NCBI GenBank assembly: GCA_965205265.1
Contig: CBDBGH010000003.1
Coordinates: forward strand, 2,816,001-2,880,000
Source: Alphaproteobacteria bacterium
GTDB taxonomy: Bacteria > Pseudomonadota > Alphaproteobacteria > Bin95
Reading direction: 5' to 3'
Length of the DNA stretch: 64,000 bases
Position 1 is the first letter of the stretch. Every line of letters begins with the position of its first letter. A program made the position numbers and the translations under genes. The notes beneath the pieces are model-generated. The model made no database searches, was not told the DNA's origin, and saw only the letters and a program-made list of their open reading frames with translations. Positions 57,674 to 64,000 of the stretch are shown here, piece by piece.

Positions 57674-58516
57674 TTACCGCGGCTTGCGCCGGCGGCCGCC
57701 CGTGCCTTCGAACAGGATGTTCTCGCGCCGGTCGGCGTCCCGGGCGACGGCCTCGAAATCCGCCCCGTCCATCCGCCGGGCCGGCGGCGACACGATGGCG
57801 AAGTGCCCGAAGCGGTCCTCTCCCGCCACCAGCGCGACCTCGGTTTCCGGGCCGGAACGCGCGCTCATGGCAGGCGCGATATAGCGGATGGCCGCGCCGA
57901 TGCGCCGGTCGCCCGTGCCGTTCGGGCCGGAGGCGTGGAACAGGTGGCCGTGGTGCAGCGAGGCCTGCCCCGGCTTCAGCACCACATCCACGGCCGCGTC
58001 CTCGTCCACCTCGACCTGGATTTCCTGGCCGCGGGTCAGCAGGTTGTCGGCGGCGAAGCTGTCGGCATGCGGCACGATGCGCTCCCGGTGGCTGCCCGGG
58101 ATGAAGCGCATGCAGCCGCTCTCCTCCGTCGCCGGCGAGAGCGCCACCCAGAGCGTCGTCTCCTCCGCCTTGTCGAGTCCCCAATAGGTCAGGTCCTGAT
58201 GCCAGGAGACGTAGCTCGGCGTGTTCGCTTCCTTGATGAACAGCCCCGACCCCCAGACCATGACATCGGGCCCCAGCACCGCCTGCGCCGCCTCGACCAT
58301 CTTCGGGTGGCGGACCAGCCGGTCGAAGGACGGCAGGAAGCGGGCCGGGAAGCCGCGCAGCAGGCCGAGCCGCTTCGGGTCGTCCGCAAGCTCGGCCTCG
58401 CCCCGCTCAAGGTCGGCGCGCAACTCCCCGGCTTCCGCCTCGGTCACGATGTCGAGCGGGAAGACGAACCCGTCGCGGGCATAGTCGAGCGCAATTCTCG
58501 ATTCGGTCATGTTCAT
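57674..58516 (-). CDS. PhyH family Fe/2OG dioxygenase
   Basis: SWHQDLTYWGL, WVALS, IPGSH, FHASGPN, RRIG. Confidence 0.92.
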   Translation of the reverse strand: MNMTESRIALDYARDGFVFPLDIVTEAEAGELRADLERGEAELADDPKRLGLLRGFPARFLPSFDRLVRHPKMVEAAQAVLGPDVMVWGSGLFIKEANTPSYVSWHQDLTYWGLDKAEETTLWVALSPATEESGCMRFIPGSHRERIVPHADSFAADNLLTRGQEIQVEVDEDAAVDVVLKPGQASLHHGHLFHASGPNGTGDRRIGAAIRYIAPAMSARSGPETEVALVAGEDRFGHFAIVSPPARRMDGADFEAVARDADRRENILFEGTGGRRRKPR

Positions 58517-58570
58517 GGCTTGGCGGCGGAGCCTTGCGGCTCTTCTCCGATGCTGGGGGTTGCGGGCGGC

Positions 58571-59338
58571 CTATTCCCGGTAAGTCGGGTCGTCCCTGTC
58601 GAGCAGTTCCAGATAGGCGGACCAGTCGTCGTCCCGGCCGGGCCGGGCCAGGAACTCGTCGAACTGCCGGGCGGTCCTCTCGCAGACCTCGGCCGAGGGC
58701 ATGTCGAGCCCGTTGCCGGAGGCATGGGCGGCGGCCATCGCGTCGAGCTGCGCGGCGCAGGCGCGCTCCAGCGCATGGAGCAGCATCCAGGTGCTCGGAA
58801 TCGACGGGCCGGCGGCGAGCAGGCCGTGGTTCTTCAGCACCAGCGCGCGCCCTTTGGGGCCGATATCCCGCGCGATCCGCTCGCGCTCGTCCAGCTCCGT
58901 CTCACCGCTCTCCCAGTCGTGGTAGCCGACGCGCCCGTGGAAGGCGAGCGCCGTCTGCGAGGCGGGCAGCAGTTCGACGTCCAGCGAGGAAAGCGCCATG
59001 CCCTGCACGGTGTGGGTGTGCGCCGTGCAGGCCACGTCCGGGCGCGCGTCGAGCACGGCGGAATGCAGCATGATGCCGACCGCGTTGAGCGGGCTGCCTG
59101 TCTCCAGCGGATCGCCGCCCTCGCGGTCGGTCTTGACCAGCGAGGAAGCCGTCATCTCCTCGAACATGAGGCCGTAGGGATTGAGGAGGAAGCGGTCGGG
59201 CTCATCGGGAACGCGCGCCGAGAAGTGCGTCAGCGCGAGGTCGGAGAGGTCGTGCTTCGCCGCCAGCCGGAAGACGGCCGCCAGGTTGACGCGCGCCTCC
59301 CATTCGGCTTCGGAAACGCGGGAACGGATATCGGGCAT
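58571..59338 (-). CDS. Class II aldolase/adducin family protein
   Basis: THFSARVP, LNPYGLMFEE, HSAV, HTHT, LKNHG. Confidence 0.92.
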   Translation of the reverse strand: MPDIRSRVSEAEWEARVNLAAVFRLAAKHDLSDLALTHFSARVPDEPDRFLLNPYGLMFEEMTASSLVKTDREGGDPLETGSPLNAVGIMLHSAVLDARPDVACTAHTHTVQGMALSSLDVELLPASQTALAFHGRVGYHDWESGETELDERERIARDIGPKGRALVLKNHGLLAAGPSIPSTWMLLHALERACAAQLDAMAAAHASGNGLDMPSAEVCERTARQFDEFLARPGRDDDWSAYLELLDRDDPTYRE

Positions 59339-59351
59339 GGATGCTCCCCGC

Positions 59352-60122
59352 TCAGTGCCGCCAGGAGGAATCGGCCCGGTCGAGCAGGCGCAGCTGCGAC
59401 TCCCAGCCGTCATAGGGGTTGTAGCTGCGATTGGCCCGCGGGCGCCTCTCCTGCTCGTCCAGAAAGGCCTCTGAAAGCGTGGCGAGCGGCGCGCCCGTCG
59501 CTTCCGCAAGCATCTGCGTCTTCGCGGCCTTTTCGAGGTCGTAGAGCCGCGCCCAGGCCTCGCGCACGCTGCGCCCGCCGACGAGGAAGCCGTGATTCTT
59601 CAACACCATGACATCCGCATCGCCCATATCGGCGATCAGCCGTTCGCGCTCGTCCAGGTCGAAGGCGATGCCCTCATAGTCGTGATAGGCGATGCGCCCG
59701 TGGAACTGCATCGCCTTCTGGTTGAGCGGCCGAAGCCCCTGCGGCAGTGCGGCCAGAGCGATGCCGGTGCGGGTGTGCGTATGTGCGACGCAGGCGAGGT
59801 CGGGCCGCGCCATATGGACCGCCGAGTGGATGGTGAAGCCGGCGGCGTTGACCCCGTAGCGGCTCTCGCCGAGCAGATTGCCCTCCGTGTCCACCTTGAC
59901 GAGGTTCGACGCCGTCACCTGCTCGAACAACAGGCCCCAGGGGTTGAGGAGGAAGGCGTCCTCGTCCCCCGGCACGCGCGCGGAGAGATGGGTGTAGGTA
60001 AGATCGGTCATGCCGTGCCGGGCGCAGAGGCGGTAGAGCGCGGCGAGATCGACCCGGATCGCCCACTCCTCCGGGCTGACGCGGTCCTGCAGCGACTGTT
60101 CGACGGCGTGGGAATCGGGCAT
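59352..60122 (-). CDS. Class II aldolase/adducin family protein (paralog)
   Basis: THLSARVP, LNPWGLLFEQ, GFTIHSAVH, HTHT, LKNHG. Confidence 0.93.
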   Translation of the reverse strand: MPDSHAVEQSLQDRVSPEEWAIRVDLAALYRLCARHGMTDLTYTHLSARVPGDEDAFLLNPWGLLFEQVTASNLVKVDTEGNLLGESRYGVNAAGFTIHSAVHMARPDLACVAHTHTRTGIALAALPQGLRPLNQKAMQFHGRIAYHDYEGIAFDLDERERLIADMGDADVMVLKNHGFLVGGRSVREAWARLYDLEKAAKTQMLAEATGAPLATLSEAFLDEQERRPRANRSYNPYDGWESQLRLLDRADSSWRH

Positions 60123-60235
60123 GGGCTGAACTCCTCCGTCGCCCGCGGGCGGGCGCACAAATCGGTCGCAGTGCTTTCCGGCGTGAGAATTGAGCATAGG
60201 ATAGCCCGAAATCCGCAAGCGAAGGAACCGCTTCC

Positions 60236-61117
60236 ATGAGCATCGGCTATGTCGGCCTCGGCAATATGGGCGGCGCGCTGGCCCGCCGCCTCGCGCTTAC
60301 GCATCCGCTGCGTGTCTTCGACCTCCGCCAGGAGGCGATGCAGGCTTTGGCGGATCGGAATTGCACGCCTGTCCAGTCCGCCGCGGCGCTGGGCGCGGAA
60401 TGCGGCACGGTGCTGACCTGCCTGCCGACCTCGGACGATGTGCGCCGTGCGGTGTTCGGGCCGGGCGGGCTCGCCGAGGGCATGGCCCCGGGCGGCATCG
60501 TCCTCGACCAGACGACCGGCGACCCGAACGCGACGCGCGCCATGGCGGCGGAACTCGCCGAGCGCGGCATCCGGCTGATCGACGCACCGGTCTCCGGCGG
60601 CAGGCAGGGCGCGGACGCCGGCACCATCGCCATCATGGTCGGGGCCGAAGACGCGGACTACGCCGAAGCGCTGCCGCTGCTCCATGCCATCAGCCCCAAT
60701 GTCTTCCATTGCGGCGGCGTCGGCGCAGGCCATGTCATGAAGCTCGTGAACAATGTGGTCGCCGCGTCGGTTGCGGCCGCGACCTGGGAAGCGGTCGCGG
60801 TGGGCGTCAAGAACGGCCTCGACTTCGCAAAGGCGGTCGAGGTGCTGAACAAGGCTTCGGGCCGCAGCTACATGTCGGAGATCGTGCTGGCGGCGCAGAC
60901 CGGCGGGCCGCATCCCTTCGGCTTCGGGCTGGCCTTGATGCACAAGGATGTGCGCCTCGCCACCCAGCTCGGCGCGGACAGCGGCGCGCCGATGTTCCTC
61001 GCCAATGTCGCCCGCGAGTTCTACCAGGCTTCGCTCGCCCATCTCGGCCCCGAAGCCGACATGACCGAGCTCGTTCGCACCGTGGAGCGCAATGCAGACG
61101 TAAAGGTGGTGCCGTAA
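60236..61117 (+). CDS. 3-hydroxyisobutyrate dehydrogenase family oxidoreductase
   Basis: GYVGLGNMG, DAPVSGG, MKLVNN, KDVRLA. Confidence 0.92.
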   Translation: MSIGYVGLGNMGGALARRLALTHPLRVFDLRQEAMQALADRNCTPVQSAAALGAECGTVLTCLPTSDDVRRAVFGPGGLAEGMAPGGIVLDQTTGDPNATRAMAAELAERGIRLIDAPVSGGRQGADAGTIAIMVGAEDADYAEALPLLHAISPNVFHCGGVGAGHVMKLVNNVVAASVAAATWEAVAVGVKNGLDFAKAVEVLNKASGRSYMSEIVLAAQTGGPHPFGFGLALMHKDVRLATQLGADSGAPMFLANVAREFYQASLAHLGPEADMTELVRTVERNADVKVVP

Positions 61118-61193
61118 GGGGTACCGCCTCCAATGACCGCTTGGAGGACATTCGCCATCCTCGACCCTCGCCGCCGCCCGGGGCTCGAGACCC

Positions 61194-62072
61194 TCACCCG
61201 GAGCGCTTGAGGCATTCCACCAGACTGCCGACGATCGGCCAGCCCTTGATGGCGTGCGGATAGGCCACGGAATAGGGGCGGTCGATCTGCATTTCCGGCG
61301 CCTCGACGCGCCGAAGCCGTCCGGCTTCCAGATGGTGCTCCGCCGTCATCGCCGGTACCAGCGCGACGCCGAGCCCCGCGAGAGCGCACTGGATCGCCGC
61401 GCTGCTGGTCGTGACACGCAGCCCGGCGCCGGCGTCGATGACCCGCTCTCCGGAAAGAAAGTCGCTCCAGTCCGGACCCGTTGCGTAGTCGGTTCCCCAG
61501 TCCGTATGAATGAGTACCTTGTCCGGCAATGCCGGCGCCGACGCGCCGTGACAGGCGATGACGGCCGGGGTTGCGATGGCGATGATCCGGTCGCGGAACA
61601 GCACTTCCGTGCAATAGTCCGCATAGAGCGAATGACCGTGGAAAATCCGCATATGCACGCGGTCGCGGTTGAAGTCGACCGGATCGTCCTCAATCCTGAT
61701 ATCCACCTGCCGGTCGCCGCCGTCCGCGAGCCAGTCGGCCAGCCGCAGGGGGAGCCACGTCTCGGCCACGGACGGCAGCGCGCTGAGCACGAGGCGGGCG
61801 CGCCGGGCGATCCCCTGCATCCGCTCGGAAAGATCGCCTATCGCTGTGAGCGCATTGGCCAGCGGCGGATAGGCGGTCAGCCCCGCGTCGGTCAGCGACA
61901 GCCGGTTGCCCTGGCGCAGGAAAAGCGTGCGGCCCCAGAAACGCTCCAGGACCTTCACCTGCTGGCTGACCGCGGCCGAAGTGACCCCGAGCTCGCGGGC
62001 GGCGGCGGCGAAGGAGCCTGTTCGCGCTGCCGCCTCGAAGGCCGGAAGCGATTTGAGAGGAGGTCCCGCCAT
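61194..62072 (-). CDS. LysR regulator, GcvA-like
   Basis: PPLKSLPAFEAAARTGSF...AVSQQVK HTH; GLGVAL; divergent from the M24 gene. Confidence 0.92.
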   Translation of the reverse strand: MAGPPLKSLPAFEAAARTGSFAAAARELGVTSAAVSQQVKVLERFWGRTLFLRQGNRLSLTDAGLTAYPPLANALTAIGDLSERMQGIARRARLVLSALPSVAETWLPLRLADWLADGGDRQVDIRIEDDPVDFNRDRVHMRIFHGHSLYADYCTEVLFRDRIIAIATPAVIACHGASAPALPDKVLIHTDWGTDYATGPDWSDFLSGERVIDAGAGLRVTTSSAAIQCALAGLGVALVPAMTAEHHLEAGRLRRVEAPEMQIDRPYSVAYPHAIKGWPIVGSLVECLKRSG

Positions 62073-62276
62073 GCACCCTTCCGAAAGAATTTCTTTTGGC
62101 CTTTAAATAGATTATCTATTGCTTGGGGAAATGCAAGCCCATAGGACGCCGGAGGCGTAGCGCTGTGCCGAGGCCCGGGACATGGAAGACGTCATCGACC
62201 TGGCGAGAGGCCCGGTTGACCCTCCGGACGCAGCCTGTGCGCCCGGGGAACGCCGAGGCTTCTGCGATTGCCGGGC

Positions 62277-63533
62277 ATGAAGCGCGCGCCTGTCTTCAAG
62301 GACGACCGAAAGGCGGCCTATCTGAACCCGGAGGGCGCCGGGAAGCCGCTGAAGAGCCCGGTGCCCCGCGAGGTGCTGGACCGCGCCCGCAGCTACCGCC
62401 TGCAGCGGCTTCGCGACAGGTGCGCCGCCGCCGATTGCGCCGCCTTGCTGCTCTACGATTCCACTAATATCCGATACGCCTTCGATTGCTCGAACATGCA
62501 GGTCTGGTGCCTGCACAGCCCGTTGCGCTACGCGCTGATATTCGCCGACGGCCCGGCCATCATGTTCGAACTCAGGGACGGCATGAGGCAGTCGGAGGGG
62601 CTGCCGGGCATCGACGAACTGCGCACGGCAAGGACATGGATGTTCATGGCGCGCGGCGACAAGTCCGAAGCCGCAATGGCCGCCTGGGCCGACGAGATCG
62701 CCGACCTGGTGCGCCTGCACGGCGGCGGCAATCGCCGAATCGCCTGCGACCGGCTGGACGGCGCCGGCGCGCACGCACTGGAGGCGCGCGGCCTGACCTA
62801 TGTCGAGGGCACCCGCGTTACCGAGATCGCACGGTCGATCAAGTCCGGGGACGAGATCGAACTGATGCGTTGGACGATGCGCGTCTGCGAGGCCGGCATG
62901 GCCCGGGTTTACGACCATTCCTTGCCCGGCGCGACGGAGCGCGAGCTCTGGGCCCACCTTCATTTCGAGAATGCCCGCTCGGGCGGCGACTGGCTGGAGA
63001 CCAAGCTTCTCACGGCGGGCCCGCGCACCAATCCCTGGTACCAGGAGTGCTCGGACAGGATGTGCCGGGCCGGTGAGATGATTTCGCTCGATACCGACAT
63101 GATCGGACCCTACGGATACTGCGCCGATGTCTCGCGGTCCTGGACCTGCGGCTACACGCCCATGACCGACCGGCAGCGCCGGCTCTACGAGACTGCGCTC
63201 GACCAGATCCGGCACAATCTCGACCTCGTGCGCCCGGGCATGGAATTCGTCGAGTTCAACGAGAAGAGCTGGCGGATCCCGGAGCGGCATGTGCCCTATC
63301 GTTACACGCTGGCCGTCCACGGTGTCGGCATGGCCGATGAATGGCCGGCGGTGCCGCTGCATGTCGACTGGTCCGATCTTGCCATGTCCGGGCGGTTCGA
63401 GCCCGGAATGGCGGTCTGCGTCGAAAGCCTGGTGGGCGAACGGGGTTCGGAAAGCGTCAAGCTGGAAACCCAGGTGCTGGTGACCGAGTCCGGCTGCGAA
63501 CGTCTGGACAGCTTTCCCTACGAGGGGGACTAG
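62277..63533 (+). CDS. M24B peptidase-fold protein, DddP (DMSP lyase)-like
   Basis: NIRYAFDCSNMQVW, WLETKLLTAGPRTNPWYQEC, DTDMIGPYG, HGVGMADEWP, VKLETQVL resemble recalled DddP motifs. Confidence 0.75.
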   Translation: MKRAPVFKDDRKAAYLNPEGAGKPLKSPVPREVLDRARSYRLQRLRDRCAAADCAALLLYDSTNIRYAFDCSNMQVWCLHSPLRYALIFADGPAIMFELRDGMRQSEGLPGIDELRTARTWMFMARGDKSEAAMAAWADEIADLVRLHGGGNRRIACDRLDGAGAHALEARGLTYVEGTRVTEIARSIKSGDEIELMRWTMRVCEAGMARVYDHSLPGATERELWAHLHFENARSGGDWLETKLLTAGPRTNPWYQECSDRMCRAGEMISLDTDMIGPYGYCADVSRSWTCGYTPMTDRQRRLYETALDQIRHNLDLVRPGMEFVEFNEKSWRIPERHVPYRYTLAVHGVGMADEWPAVPLHVDWSDLAMSGRFEPGMAVCVESLVGERGSESVKLETQVLVTESGCERLDSFPYEGD

Positions 63534-63555
63534 ACCGCGGGCCGCGTATCTTTGC

Positions 63556-63583
63556 TTGACGCGGCGGAGCCTGTTTCTAGATT
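63556..63583 (+). promoter_or_regulatory. Putative sigma70 promoter of thrS
   Basis: TTGACG-N16-TAGATT, about 36 nt upstream of the ATG. Confidence 0.5.
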
Positions 63584-63619
63584 GCGGCCTTTCCTGGTCC
63601 CGGGACATTTGCGCATCCT

Positions 63620-64000
63620 ATGAGCGACATCGCCCTGACAATGCCCGACGGCTCCGTGCGCCCTTTCGCGCGCGGCGGCACCGGCGCCGATCTGGCGGCG
63701 GACATTTCCCGAAGCCTCGCGAAACGCGCGGTCGCCATCCGCGTGGGCGGCGCGTTGCGCGACCTCGCCGAGCCGCTCACGGAGGACGGCGCCGTCGAGA
63801 TCGTGACTCGCGACGACCCGGACGGCCTCGACCTCATCCGCCACGATGCCGCCCATGCGCTGGCCGAGGCGGCGAAGGAGCTCTACCCGGAGATCCAGAT
63901 CACCATCGGCCCGGTGATCGAGAACGGCTTCTACTACGACTTCTCGCGCGCCGAGCCGTTCACGCCGGACGACCTGGCGTTGCTGGAAGAGCGGATGCGC
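63620..64000 (+). CDS. thrS: Threonyl-tRNA synthetase, 5' part
   Basis: TGS domain (MPDGSVR), [25 protein letters not shown]; runs off the window edge. Confidence 0.96.
   Translation, partial: MSDIALTMPDGSVRPFARGGTGADLAADISRSLAKRAVAIRVGGALRDLAEPLTEDGAVEIVTRDDPDGLDLIRHDAAHALAEAAKELYPEIQITIGPVIENGFYYDFSRAEPFTPDDLALLEERMR

Noticed and set aside
62100-62276. Riboswitch upstream of the DddP-like gene
   Set aside because: No cobalamin, glycine, SAM or TPP consensus could be recognised by eye.

Overview
High-GC (roughly 70% by eye) alphaproteobacterial chromosome segment. The hemC-hemD-mitofilin-hemY/tsaD-gpsA and argD-argF-hslO gene orders suggest a Rhodospirillales-like organism, and the DddP-like gene and TRAP system suggest a marine habitat (both inference). 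About 60 CDS: a housekeeping core (heme, t6A, arginine, thrS) mixed with many catabolic and transport genes. No rRNA, tRNA or CRISPR array was seen. Main observations beyond the ORF track: (1) two diverged copies of an unrecognised cassette (11272-12692 +, 23718-24528 -). They share a promoter, a structured GC-rich leader and a 3' module of five CATGAC repeats in 10-bp helical phase; one copy carries an orphan protein with a 44-aa tandem repeat. (2) A probable selenoprotein (UxxC glutaredoxin-DinB fusion with in-frame TGA and SECIS-like hairpin), coupled to a chromate transporter that appears to start at CTG. (3) An IS1634 with a 170-bp target duplication, inserted inside the CATGAC array. (4) Two REP-carrying MITE-like elements with related interiors but different termini, plus nested CCTG-prefixed mini-hairpins. 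(5) An AT-rich single-gene island. All alignments and coordinates were done by eye; no database searches were run.
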